A stretch of 64,000 nucleotides of DNA from assembly GCA_964016885.1 (NCBI GenBank), contig OZ024744.1:33356001-33420000 (forward strand), given 5' to 3'. The notes under the pieces were generated by a model. The model saw nothing but the letters and a program-made list of their open reading frames with translations, was not told where the DNA came from and ran no database searches. This document shows positions 25,878-38,967 of the stretch, in pieces; the first letter of the stretch is position 1; each line of letters begins with the position of its first letter. This DNA comes from Eledone cirrhosa. Its lineage: Eukaryota. A program made the translations under genes and the position numbers.

Positions 25878-25968
<91 letters not shown>

Positions 25969-26758
25969 CATGTGTATGTGTGCGTGCGTGTTACTTTGTA
26001 TTTCTCATTTTTCTTAAGAACGCTGCTCTCCTTCCAACCCGCTTTTAGTTGCTTTAATTATGGTTATTAAATTATTTTTCGGTGAGTTGACGCCGAAATG
26101 AAGCAAAAAGCGAATTCCGTGGCCCATTCCGTGGCCCATTGTGCAAGGTAACGGAAGAAATAATGTACTTGTTGACCCTGCTACTGTGATCAGCTCCGCC
26201 CATTTAGCCACGGCTGTATACACAGACCAGTTTATCTAGCTACTGACTGACATATCACTTAAGAAGGCGGGTTTAGGGTTACCTTGTCCAGTCAAAAATG
26301 AAACAAAGGCCCTCTTCACTTTGCGACAATGAGTTAAAACCTTAAGAACAACAGAAACAATAATAACCACATTTATCGTAGAGTTGGGGAGGGCTTTTGT
26401 TATTATTGTTTCGCCCTTATAACTTTTTATTTGTTTTTTTATGTTTTGTCTACTAGGATTTTTTCAACACGCTGACACGTATGTGTATTTATATGTGTGT
26501 GAGTGTATGTGTTTACATGTATGTGTGTGCTTATATGTAAATATAAACGCGCAATCACAGACACACTTATAAAAACACACACTCACAGACATACATTCAC
26601 ACAAGCACACACATATACATTTACACTTATTTTCACAAACAGCGTAGCAAATGGAACGCCAGTCGCTGTTTTGTTATAGTCTTTTCACCATCCCCTCTTT
26701 TTCTTTTACACACATGCACATTCACACACATTCACACACACACACATTCACACAAACG

Positions 26759-26844
<86 letters not shown>

Positions 26845-27224
26845 CTTTGTATAACAGGCGGGCAGTAATCGCTCAAATTTATATATAGATATACTACTGC
26901 TCTGTTTATTTGCTTTGTGTTTTAGTTGCTGTTGCTTTCGTTCAGTGGTTTTTCTCACCCTCTTAAAGGTATGAGAGAATAGATACATGAGTAGAAAAGT
27001 GACGTGTATTCCGCCAACCACACATGTGAAGGTATGGCTGTGTGATGAAGAAGTCTCATTCCGCAACTATATAACTCCAACCACTTCAATCCCACTGAGC
27101 GGCACCATGCGCAATTGTCATTCTGTGTAGGCTTGGCTTGTTTAAAACCATATTGAAGGAATTTGGTGGACGGAGAGTGTGCGAAACGCCAGTGATTATA
27201 TTTTGTATTATTTTACTCATGTAT

Positions 27225-27665
27225 AGGGCGGTGGATTGGTAATATCGGTAGAGAGTCGGGCACCATGCTTTGCAGTATAGAGTTACGGTCCTTTACGGTC
27301 TGAATTCAAATCCCGCCGAGGTTAACTTTGCCTTTCATCCTTTCGGAGTCGATAAATAAAGCACCAGTAATGCACTGGGTCGACTTAATTGGCTTTCCCC
27401 TCCCCCCAAATTACTGTCTTTGTGCCTATACTAGAAATCATTATTTTATTTATTTATCGTATTCATATATAATGGCGGTGGATTGGCAGTATCAGTAGAG
27501 GGTCGGACGCCATGCCTTCCACCATAGTTACGTCTTTTTACGATCTGAGTTCAAATCCCGCCGAGGTTGACTTTGTCTTTCATCCTTACGGGGTCGATAA
27601 AATAAAGTACCAGTAATGCACTGAGTAATTTCTGGCCTAGTGCCTAAAGTAGAAACACTTATTTT
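27225..27665 (+). mobile_element. Two tandem tRNA-derived SINE copies (same family as 3893-4612); a partial copy also lies at 25585-25722
   Basis: Same A/B boxes and CTTTCATCCTT.CGG.GTCGATAAA core. Confidence 0.85.
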
Positions 27666-27844
27666 ATTCATTTATTTATTCATTCACTTATTTATTATTA
27701 ATTTCGATTTTTGGATTGCAGCCATGGCAAGGAATCACTTTTAATGGATTAGATGACCATACTTATTAACTCTGGTACTTATATCATCGAACTCTATTTG
27801 TCGAACTATAACGTTATAAAACACATATAGATACATGCATATAT

Positions 27845-27942
27845 ATATTGTTATACTTTGGGAGGGTCATGCTGCCAATAAAATCACACACACACCTGTT
27901 GGTTTTTATTGGCAACATGACCCTCCCAAAGTATAACAATAT
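27845..27942. repeat. ~39 bp-arm palindrome made from a PLE-like terminal sequence
   Basis: ATATTGTTATACTTTGGGAGGGTCATGCTGCCAATAAAA-20 nt-TTTTATTGGCAACATGACCCTCCCAAAGTATAACAATAT. The same arm occurs at ~9377-9415 and ~42627-42663, next to hammerhead-like sequences. Confidence 0.85.
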
Positions 27943-27998
27943 CTGTTTCAACACACGTTTTCAGATAAGAATATTGCAAAACAAATTAAAAAACGAAG

Positions 27999-28164
<166 letters not shown>

Positions 28165-28182
28165 AGGGGAGGGGGGGGGGGT

Positions 28183-29065
28183 AAATTCCGATTATTGAAA
28201 CTAAATTTGGAATCAAACGGTCTGAGAGTAAACTTAGCCAAAACTAAAGTGCTCGTGAGTAGGAAAGAAGACAGGACCCAGATTTCCCCAGGAAAGTGGC
28301 CATGCTCATTATGTAGAAAGTGGGTTGGCATAAATTCCATACAATTTACACATTGTAAATCTTGGGTACACAAAAGATTTAGTGGAATAACGAGTAGACT
28401 AACAGGAAGGGACAACTTTGCATGTAGAAGATGCACAGGAGAAATCGAGAAGACGAGTGCTAATGATATAAATATTTTCCAGTCAAAGAAAGGACCCATA
28501 GGCGTGTTTGATAGCTTTTGCTATCTAAGTCACCTAATTAGAAGTGGGGGAAGGTTCTCTGAGAGTATTATAGCTAGAACAAGGATAGGATGGAAGAAGT
28601 TCAAAGCGCTACTCCCACTGTTGACAAAAATAAGGTTTTTCCTGATGTACAAAAGGAAGGATGTATGATACCACTGTGCTGTGGGGTGATGTAGCATGGT
28701 AGTGAAACATGGGCAATGACTGCAGAGGACGTGTGAAGACTGGAGAGAAATGAAACAACTCATATGTAAATATGAGAAAAAGGCAGAACTTGAACGAACT
28801 GAGGGAGAAGCTGGGTTTAAGGGGAATCGTGATGGTGTGCAGCAGAGAAGACTGCATTGGTATGGCCATGTGATGTTCATGGATAATGACCGATGAGTGA
28901 AGAAATGTCAGGAAATCAGAGTGGAAGGAAACCTAAGGAGAGGACGACCAAGAAAGACCTAGGCAGAGGTTGTGAGAACTGACCGTAAATCGCTAAGACT
29001 GGAAGAGATGCAGTGCTGAGAAAGACCCGTCCAACCGAAGCAAGCATGGAAACGCGGAGGTAAAA

Positions 29066-29105
<40 letters not shown>
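28183..29105 (+). mobile_element. RTE LINE 3' part with a Cys/His-rich insertion in the RT and a (GAT)n tail; degenerate
   Basis: NLESNGLRVNLAKTKVL, WPCSLCRK..INSIQFTHCKSWVHKRFSG..FACRRC, DSFCYL, RLHWYGHV, RGRPRKT. Confidence 0.88.
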
Positions 29106-29106
<1 letters not shown>

Positions 29107-29229
29107 ATGTATATATATGTATATATATATCATAAGCTTATTGTATAGCATTTCTACGCTTCAGCAGATCGTCCTTCATACTTATATATATATATATATA
29201 TATTAGAAAGTGAGGGTTTTTTTTTTGTT

Positions 29230-31410
29230 TTTTTGTTTTTTTTTTACAAAATGAAAAATAAGCGAGGTGTCCTACACAAGTGAAAGTATAAAGAAAAGAA
29301 GATGAAATCGAAAATGCAACTGGAGTCTTATTTTTAAAAAAATTATATATTTATTTAGTTCCTTTACCGGTTTCGCAGTTCTTCTGCTTTTCAAAAGTAG
29401 AGTTGAGATGGAGGGTCTGTGGTTTTTCTCACATCTGGTTGGTCTTTGAATGTTACTTGTTTTATTTGGAAAAAAGTGGCTCGAAACGCCAGGTTTTTAG
29501 AGAAGTAATTTGATTGGTTGGTCAATAAGTATAATAAATTTCGCGCCAGTTCGCGTTACAAAGTTCTTCAAACAAGGGGGGTTCAGGTTGTTTTTTTCAT
29601 ATATAAGTGCTTGAATTTCTTTTTACTTAAAAAAAGAGGCTCACGAAGGCTTTTTTTTCTTATAAATGTAATTTGACTGGTTATAAATGAAATTATGGCT
29701 GTCACGTGAACAAGTTCATTAAATATCGCGCCCGTATTTGTGAATTTATTTTGTAGCCTTTTAGAGAATTTTATGACAAACATGAGATAATGGTCAAGAG
29801 AAATAGGATGGGAGAATTGTTCTGGTTCAGTGAATATAGCAGGTTGTTTTTTCATATATGAGTGAAGTTTGGTTGGTTGATGTAGTCACGTGACTAATTA
29901 TATCAGCTTTCGCGTAAGTTTGTTTGAATTTCTTTTTACTTTAAAAAAAAGTGGCTCACGAAGGCTTTTTTTAATAAATATAATTTGATTGGTTATAAAT
30001 GAAATTATGACTGTCACGTCAACAAATTCATTAAAATTCGCACCCGTATTTGGGAATTTATTTTGTAGGATTTTAGAGAATGTTATGACAAGCAAAAGAT
30101 AATGGTCAAGAGAAATGGGATGGGAGAATTGTTCTGGTTCAGTGAATATGGTTAGTTCACTGGGGTGTCAGAATTCAGATTTTCTATTGAAATAAAGAAA
30201 GTAAAGATATGTATGTTTATTTGTGTGCTTGTGTGTGTGTGTATAGGAAGATGATTCTATTAGTAGAAATGCGGGAGGGAGTTGTATGTGGGTGTTATGT
30301 GTGTGTGTGTATGTTTGGGAGTATGCTAAGATGGAGAGAATATATATATTTTGTGTGTGTGTATATGTGTGTAAGAAAGTGATTCTATTAGTAGAAATGG
30401 GGGAGGGAGTTGTGTGTGCGGGGGGGGGGTTATGTGTGTGTATGGGTGTTATGTGTGTGTGTGGGGGGGGGGGGGGTTATGTGTGTGTATGGGTGTTATA
30501 TGTGTGTGGGAGTATGGTTAGCATGTTAAGATGAAGAGAATATATATTGTGTGTGTGTGTGTGTAGGAAAATGATTCCTTTAGTAGGAATATTTTTGAAT
30601 GAACATATTTTCCTTACTTATTCGTATTTGTTCTGTTGTATTGTCAGCTCAAACGTATGTTAAGGTTTATTTAGTTCGGGTTTTTATTTTCTAAAGTAGA
30701 AGGTGTTGTGTGTGTGTATGTGTTTGTTTGGATGGTTAGCATGTTACGGTGTTGACATAGTGTATATTAAACCATATTTAATGCTGGTCTATATTTTTGA
30801 ATAAACATATTTTCCTTATTTATTCGTATTTGTTCTGTTGTATTGTCAGCGCAAAGATAAAGTGGGAAGACTTGGAATTTGGGTGTCTTATTACTTGCGC
30901 ATATGTCTAGATGTGTACTTAGTGGTATCTGTCTCGTGATTGGAACTCGTAATTGTTGGCGATAAACTGTCATTCTGTTTCTGAGTGTGAGTTTAGTTTG
31001 TCCTATATAATCTTCATTGCATCCCTTACATTTAATGGCATAAAGTAGATTTTTTGATGAGCAAGTGAAGTGATTTTTTACAGCAAAATTTTGTCCTGAT
31101 TTAAATGTATACGTGTTGCCTTCAATGAGGTGAGTGCAGGTTCCACAATTAGAGCAACCACATTTTTTGACAGTTGGTTGTGGATTTGTGGTAGGTAATT
31201 TGGCATTGGTGAGTAATGTTTTCAGTGATTTCGGTTGTCTTTTGCTTTTGATTATTTTGTGTGTTTCAAGGGCTTTTTTCATTCTTGGGTCTTGTTTCAG
31301 TAGTGGGATGTTATTGTGAATAGTGTTGTAAGCTTCCGCATTTCTTGGGTTGTGTGTTGAGATATATAATAGAATATTGGACGTACCTTGAATTTGTTTC
31401 TGTTTTGGTA
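29230..31410 (-). mobile_element. Neptune/Nematis-like PLE 3' part: Zn-finger + GIY-YIG ORF (30767-31282), long 3' region with an internal ~240 bp duplication, and a degenerate hammerhead at 29360-29400
   Basis: KKCGCSNCGTCTH...FTCSSKNLLYAIKCKGCNEDYIGQT...RNRM...KENMFIQKYRPALN. Minus: TTGAAAA-GCAG aagaa CTGC-GAAA-ccgg-TA. Confidence 0.82.
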
Positions 31411-31435
31411 ATTATATACATATATATATATATAT

Positions 31436-31855
31436 AATTATTGAGTAAAATGACAGGTGGCTGGACTGGTGAAAATCCTTAAAGGTTTATTATAAACACT
31501 ATTCACATTTCAATAAACGGGCTCTGCAGGAACCCGGTGACATCATCAGGTGTTACGAAATTTATCTAATAAAGAACTATAATAATGGTAGACACAATCC
31601 AAGGGGCTGAAAAGTAGAGAGATATGTTTAAGACCTGAAGTCGACCAGAGTCAGCAGTTGCCAGCCTGGGTGATTACCTTCAAGTCCTTGGATTGTGTCT
31701 ACCATTATTATATTCCTATATTAGATAAATTTCGTAACACCTGATGATGTCACCGGGTTCCTACAGAGTCCGGTCATTGAAATATGAATAGTGTTTATAA
31801 TAAATCTTTAAGAATTTTCCCCAGTCCAGCCTCCTGGCATTTTAATCAATAATAA
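31436..31855. repeat. Fold-back mini-element (~170 bp arms, ~80 bp spacer) with two divergent hammerheads (minus 31495-31554, plus 31736-31795)
   Basis: Plus: AACAC-CTGATGA-tgtcACCGGGTTC ctaca GAGTCCGGTcatt-GAAA-tatgaa-TA-GTGTT, mirrored on the minus strand in the left arm. Confidence 0.85.
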
Positions 31856-32065
31856 TTAACTCCGTTCTCGCACCACCAACAAGATTCAACATAAACGAAG
31901 ATGGATGTGTTGCATCACGTCGAGTGCTTTTCCTAATATTACATCATGGTTGACTATACGGAATGACCAATTCTATACAGTGGTGAACTAACAAACCTAA
32001 ATATATATATATATATATATATACAGAGAGAGAGAGTGAGAGAGAGAGAGAGGGAGAGGGAGAGA

Positions 32066-32131
<66 letters not shown>

Positions 32132-32559
32132 TCCAGGAGTAATAAACTGCGGTACAAAAAGTCTTATTAGTTTCACGCTTTATAGGGAAAATGAAAAAGA
32201 AAGTTTGAGATGTCGGGCTTTGGCCCTTCTTCAGGAGTACAAAATAGAGACAGGATCACAATGGAAATAGAGGAATGAAGGAGTCCAAGTAAGGAATGCA
32301 AAGTGAAGTGTGTGTGTATATTAGTGTAGATAGTATGTGTGAGAGTATGTGTATGTTTAAACGTGTGTGTTTTTAAGGTATATTTTGGAAAGTAACAAAG
32401 TTATTGTTTGATATGTGTATACATGTGGTATGTCATAGTGGACTATTGTGGGAGTAAATAAATATATTCAATGTATGAAGGCTACTTCGTTACTCTGGAG
32501 TTTCGCCTGTTTATAACAGGGTCATCCGACAAGAATGCCGATATAATATATATATATAT

Positions 32560-34295
32560 ATGTAATGGAAAAATTTGAACAGGGACAAAACAGAGAGGCA
32601 GTACAACGAATGTTTATTAATTTCACGCTCTGGAGAGTGGGTGTTGGTGGGGGACGACGTTTCGGGCATAAGCCCTTCCTCAGGTGAGAAGTGTGTGGGA
32701 ACAGAGTTCAAAGGGTGTGTAGGGGAGTGGTGGAGAGACATATAGCGAAAGGAAACGGTGCAAATGAGAAAAATAAAAATAAAATTAAAAATAAAGCATG
32801 ATCAAAATACAAGGAATGAAATAAATTTAAATATAAAAGCATGATCAAAATAAACTGAAATTAAAAGGGGGGTAAAACAGGTGGTGGAAGGGTGTGGGGT
32901 GTGTAGGGTCGGTGGCGGGTGGAGTGGGGAAAGGGAGACGGGTGTCCGAGCGGGGAGGGCTGAAGGTGGTGTGTGTGTGTAGGTGTACGTGTGTGTGTGT
33001 ATGTGAAAGTAAGGGTTGGGGGAAGAACGGGGTTGCATGTTCAGGAAGAGGTGGGGGGGGGGGGGTCGGAGTGTCTGTGCGTGTGTGGATAGAGGGAGGA
33101 GAGGAATCAGGAGGCTGAGGGTGTAAATATGTGGTGGAAAGCACGTGTGTGTGTGGTTTAAGCGTGTTGTGGGTGTAGGTGCCGTGTGGAGAAAAAAATT
33201 TGTTTGGGGTGTGTGTGTGGCTGAGTTATATAGGTGATTACGTAAGAGGATGGTTGAAAAGTTGGTAAAATCCGAAGGTGTTTAGTGGATTCTGTGGTGG
33301 TCAATTTCTGCGTGCGAGTATTCCATGAAGCGATGGTCGGAAGAGGAGAGATGTGGGGTACGCGCGCAACAGGAAGTGGTCAAGCAGTGGGAGTGCTGTG
33401 TGTCTGTTTGTGCTGGGAGGTGGTCAGAGGGCATAGCAGCAGTCGGTGGAATGGTAAGGGGGCGAGGATGGGTAGGTGTGAAAGTTGGAGTGAGGAGGGT
33501 GTGTGTGTGTGCATTAGTAGAGGTGTTAGTGGGATGAGTGAGTGTGGAGCGAGGGTGTGGGTGGAGCGGGGAGAGAAGGGTGTGTGTGGTTCTATGGAGG
33601 GAGTGTGGTGTACTGGTGTGTGTGTAGTTTGATGAAGGGGTGTTAGTGGGTGTTAGTATACGGGAGGTGGGGAGGGGTTGAATGCAGGTGTGAGTGGAGG
33701 TTAGTGGTGGTAGGGTGTGTAGAGTTGGTGGTGTACGAGGGTGTGTGGGTACGTGTGCGTGGGGTTGGGGGGTGTTAGTGATGTTAGTTGCGTGTGGGGT
33801 GGGTGGTGTAAGTGGGTGTGTGTGTTCGTGTGCTTGCGGTTAGGGGGGTGTTAGTGAGGTTAGTTGAGGGGTGGTGGGATGGAGGTGTGGGGGTGAGAGG
33901 TGTGGGGGTGAGGGTTAGTGGTGGTAGTAGGGTGTGTGTTTAATGTGAGCGCGTGTATATATGTGCCGGTGGGTGTGTGCGTGTGATAAGGAAGGGGGAG
34001 GAGGAGAAGAAGTGAGGGATGTTAGTATGTTAGTTGGGGAAGGGTGGTCAGATGAGGGGTGGAGTGGAGGTGTTAGTATTGTTAGTTGTGGGGTGGGCGG
34101 TGAAAAGGAGGGGTGTGTTAGTGGTGTTAGTGGGGGATAAGTGTGGGGGGAGGGGGCGGTCGAAGGCTAAAGGAATAAGGGTGGGGAGTTCAGGCTGGGG
34201 GGAGTGTGTGTCTGTAAGATGAAGATAGTTCGTTGTTCGACCCTAAGGCGATTGGCGGGTGTTCCGTGGCACTGGAGTAGGCCACAGACTGTGAC
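32560..34295 (-). mobile_element. Neptune-type PLE 3' end with long low-complexity pLTR and a minimal hammerhead at 32654-32685
   Basis: Minus 34295->34200 reads TVCGLLQCHG....RLRVEQRTIFILQTHTP (Neptune endonuclease C-terminus). Minus: CTGAGGA-a-GGGC ttat GCCC-GAAA-cg-TC-gt. Confidence 0.72.
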
Positions 34296-34604
34296 TTGAC
34301 AACTCTGGTACAAACACTACACTTGTGACAATTATTGACACATAGTGCTGGGTCCATGGTACCATGTGACGACAAGTGCAGAGAGATCTCCAGATATAAA
34401 GCAATGCCTGTGCCGTGAAGCTTTTATAGTGAGCAAAGGCACTGCACAAAGCCAGTCCCACTCTCTTAACCAAGATGATATTTACCAAAAAGAAGAACAA
34501 GTCAACATCATTGGATACCATCAGGGTTGCAGGTGTTATATCAGAGTTTTCCTTCTCCTAGAATTCTGCCTTGACAAAGGCTAAGGGGTCATCTCTCCCG
34601 GTGA
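34296..34604 (-). mobile_element. Internal fragment of the family A non-autonomous RTE derivative
   Basis: Matches the central ~310 bp of the copies at 16.8-22 kb. Confidence 0.85.
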
Positions 34605-35529
34605 TATGTTAACACATACCTACATATTTTGATTCAATTTGCCAATGCCTTATGTGTTCAGGTATCTATATTGTTACAATTTGCAGATTTATTTATTTAT
34701 CAGGGGGGGGGGGGGGGGCATGTGTGTGTGTATGTGTGTGTGTATGTATGTGTGTGTATGTATGTGTGTGTATGTGTATGTGTATGCGTGTGTGTATGTC
34801 TGTGTATATGTGTGTGTGTATGTGTGTGTATGTGTGTATGTGTGTGTATGTGTGTCTGTGTATATGTGTGTGTGTATGTGTGTGTATGTGTGTGTGTGTA
34901 TGTGTATGTGTATGCGTGTGTGTATGTTTGTGTATATGTGTGTGTGTATGTGTGTGTATGTGTGTATGTGTGTGTATGTGTGTCTGTGTATATGTGTGTG
35001 TGTGTGTGTGTGTATGTGTGTGTGTGTATGTGTGTCTATGTGTGTGTGTATGTGTGTGTGTATATGTGTTTGGGTGTATGTCTTTGTATGTGTGTGTATG
35101 TGTGTGTATGTGCATGTGTATGTGTGCGTTTGTGTGTGTCTGTGTGTGTGTGTGTGTGTGTGTCTGTGTGTGTATATATGTGTGTGTGTGTGTATTTATG
35201 TGTGTGTGTATGTGTGTGTGTGTGTGTGTATGTGTGTGTGTGTGTGTGTTTGTAAAAAAAGATAGGTAAGACAGACAGTCAGATAGATAGATAGATAAAT
35301 TTCTATTTATTTGCCACGAGGGCACAAAAGAAGGGGACATTTACACAGTGGGGGAGTTTACATAAATCGAGTAAAGAAAAAAGGAATAACAATAATAATA
35401 TAACAATAAAAAGTCCTCAAAAGGGAGGGGGCGTGTTGGGGATTGCACATACCCCCGAAAAGTGTGCAACTCTTTTCGCGGGGGAAGCCCAGAGAGGAGG
35501 CGCTCCCCCTTTCCTCTTCACTTCTTCAC

Positions 35530-38500
35530 CTACAGAACAATGTAGAGAGAAGGCCCATTTACACGGGCCATTCTCGCTTCTTTCACCCACCTTTCATAAA
35601 ACTGTCTGGGACCAAGCACTTCTCTCTCCATCCTGATTCTTCTTCCGAAGTGGTATCGGAAGAAGTAAACCAGGTGATGGCCGGAGAGAAAGTCACCCGA
35701 CCTCAGACCTTTCAGGCGCGTCCACCACACAACCTCTTTCATCATGGCTATTACGCACAGAAAGACCGCTTCTGCTTCGTTTCTGAAGGGAGGAGGCGGC
35801 TTGATGTTCACCACAGACTCGGCGGTTAATCGAATCGGCGCCACACGCGACAGCAGTCGTTCGACGTAGCCCCACAGATCGGCAACGCCCGGGCAGTGTA
35901 CCAGTGCATGCGCAACGGTTTCCTCGTCGCGCACGCATCTGGGACAGATCTTTTTCGCGGGATCCCTGCCCGGGCGCCCGTGTCTGTAGAGCTTTTCTCG
36001 AACGGGCAGAGCCCCCCGGTAACACTGCCAGGCTAGGGACCTCTGGAAGTTGTCCATGGGTCCCGGGCCGAAAGTTCTACCGAACAGGCTGGCCAGTTCG
36101 TCCTCCTCCATGCCTAGCGACTCTCCAAGGGTGTCGTCGCCCCTGCTAGCCACCAACCCTCTATAGAATGTCGAGGTGGATTCTCCACTGACAGTCGGGT
36201 CCGCTTGCCAGATAGCCGTGAGCGCCTGGGCACACTCAGTGTGCCAGTTGCCCAGTTTTCTCGGTCTTTGCTTCACCCAGGATTGCAGTTCGGTGAGCGA
36301 GACGAGCTGTGGGAAGGCTCGCCTCACAAACGGGGCCCACACCGGCTGACCGTTGAGGAATACCTGTAGATGCCGTAGCCTCAATGCGTGCCTACGCATC
36401 AACAGCCACGGCATACCCAGCCCTCCTTTCGAAGGGTGCTGGCAGCAGATGGATCTCCTCACCATGGGAGGCCGCTTCTTCCAGAGGAACTGGAAGAGCA
36501 TGCGTTCCATGATGGTGAGCTTTTCCTTGGGGCAAGGCACGACGGTCAGGCGGTAGTAGATGACGGACGCTATGTAAGCGTTCGTCACCTCCGCCCGACC
36601 TTTCAGTGATAGTTTGCACTTGGCCCACTTCTGGGTCAGCGCAAACACCCTGCTCGTCACCTCGCCCCAATTCTTCTCCACCTGGAGGTCCGGTCCGAAC
36701 CAGACCCCGAGCAGCTTCACCGGGCCCTCCGTCCACCGCCCGACGACACCGTCTAACGGCATCGGTTTGCCCCTCCACGTTCCGAGTTGCAAACCGACTG
36801 ACTTGTCCTGGTTCAGCTTAGCCCCCGTCAGCCTTTCGTATTCCTCCAGTAGGGTGGCGATCGCCCCGATTTCCGAGGCGTCCGCCACCATTACTGTTAC
36901 GTCGTCGGCATAGGCCGAGACCGCTTTGTGCAATCCCGGTTCCAGGGGTATGCCCCGCAGCAACTCCAACTTCCGCAGCAGTGGCTCGAGAGTCAATACG
37001 TACAGAAGGGAGGAGAGGGGGCACCCCTGTCTGATGGATCGGGTGATTTGAAACGGCTCCGAGAGGTAGCCGTTTACTTTAATCCTAGAGTAGATGTTGC
37101 CACTGTGCATGGCAGAAATCCAGCCCCTGAAAACGGGTCCGAAGCCCGCCGCCGCTAGCACCGCATCCAGGTAACCATGGTCGACCCTATCGAACGCCTT
37201 AGATTGATCCAAGTTGATCAGGGCCCCACCAAAGCCGGGTTCGTAGCCAACCCTCTCTATGATGTATCGCATGAGGTGGAGGTTGTCGTGAATGGACCTG
37301 GACGGGATAGCGCATGTCTGCGCGTCTCCCACCAAACCACCCACCACAAGCGCCAACCTCTTCGCCAACACCTTGGCCAAAATCTGTAACTCTGCATTCA
37401 GCAGAGTTATGGGCCTAAAGTTACTTAAGTCGTCCCCCTTGCTCTCGTCCTTCCTCACTAGCGTGACCACGCCCTTGGTCACAGAACAGGGAATTCTCCC
37501 GTTCTGTTGCCAGTTGCAATAGACAGCCTCGAGGAGTTCGGAGAACAAGACCGGCATAGCTAAATAAAATTCGTATGGTAGACCATCGAGACCCGGGGAT
37601 TTGCGTCTGCTGCATTGGCTGAGCGCTTCCCCGATTTCAGTGGCTGTGATTGGCCCTTCGCAGCACTCCGCTTCGCCGCTCGAAAGACGCGGTAGACCGT
37701 CGAGGTATGGACCGAAGTCCACATCCCCGTCCGGCCCCCCGCCACCTCCGAACAGTCGAGCAAAGTGCCTTTGAAAGGTCTCGCACATTCGCTCAGGTTC
37801 AAGGATCACCCGTCCATCCTGGTCTCGCAAAGACCGAATGGTGGATTTAATCCCACTCTTGGCTTCTGTCACGCGGGCCCAGCTAACAGCTTTGGTCCCC
37901 TCGTTTCCTAAAGCACGTATTTTACTTCGGACAACGCAGCCTTCGTGCTTCGCGTCAAAGAACTGGCTCAATGCCGTTCTCGTCGCTAACACTCTGGCTA
38001 CGTCTCCGCTCCTAATCGCCTCTTCTAGTTTATCTGTTAACTCCCTTTCCCTCCTATTTCTATTCGCCGCTAGTTCCTTACTGTAACCTATCGAACTTAC
38101 TCTAATCTCTCTCTTTAGAGATATCCACCACCTACTGTTGACGATCGCTCCCGTCAACCGCATCTTAACTAAGCTACTAATCCGGTTTCTGTAATCTTTC
38201 TTTGTCGGTAAGGACAAGTTCATCTTCCAGTAACCGGGACCCTGTCTATGCGTTCTATCAAGGTTGACCACGCAGGTCACTAATTTGTGATCTGAATAGC
38301 CAACCATGATCAGTTCTGGACAACTAAATACGTCCCTATCCTTACTCCTAACCAAAAACCTATCTAGGTACGATCTAGATTGTCCACTGCGGTTTGCCCA
38401 GGTCCAGGTTGGCGCAGTTGGACAATCTAGTCGAAATCTATCGACCAGGTCGAATCGATCGAGTAACCCCTTGAGGCTGCTACACCCCCCTCTATCGGGA

Positions 38501-38962
38501 CATGCCCCTGCATAGTCCCAACGCGCATCTAGGATTCCATTCCAGTCCCCCACTAAAAGCAGGGAACGCGACGTTCCTAGAAAAGTCTCCAGACGTTGGA
38601 AGAAGTCGGCTCTCTCCGCCCCGAAGGGAGCATAAAGACCGACCAGTCTGAAAGCCCCGCCTTCACCACCTCCGACGTCCAGCACCAGTAATCGACCCCC
38701 CGGGTCCGAGTGAACAATCTGTACGTCGAGAGTTAGACGTTTATCCAGCAGTACGGCAACTCCCCCCCCCCCCGCCTCCGGGTTGACAGAGAGATGCGTG
38801 CATCTCAAAGTCATCGAAGGCGGGCGCCAGCTGTCTCACGCTGCTGATCCGACTCTCGCAAACAACCATCACATCTATACTTTGTGACCTGAGGTCACTT
38901 AGAAGCTTTGCTTGCTTCCAAGCTGAGCTCAGGCCACGCGCGTTCAAACAGCCAACTCTCAA
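35530..38962 (-). CDS. Tx1/L1 ORF2: APE endonuclease + reverse transcriptase + C-terminal Zn finger; one frameshift in a 12-nt homopolymer (38762-38773)
   Basis: LNARGL, CES, GVAVL, YAP, GDWN, YLDR, SDH (APE); KSPGLDG, NFRPITLLN, DQSKAFDRV, RQGCPLS, YADD (RT); CPRC..ETVAHALVHC. Confidence 0.92.
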
Positions 38963-38967
38963 TTGAT

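Noticed and set aside
32195-32240. Hammerhead-like CTGAAGA-aGGGC caaa GCCC-GACA on the minus strand; also 3' halves at ~11800, ~51030 and ~42520
   Set aside because: The core is incomplete or stem I is missing; treated as debris and not listed as ribozymes.
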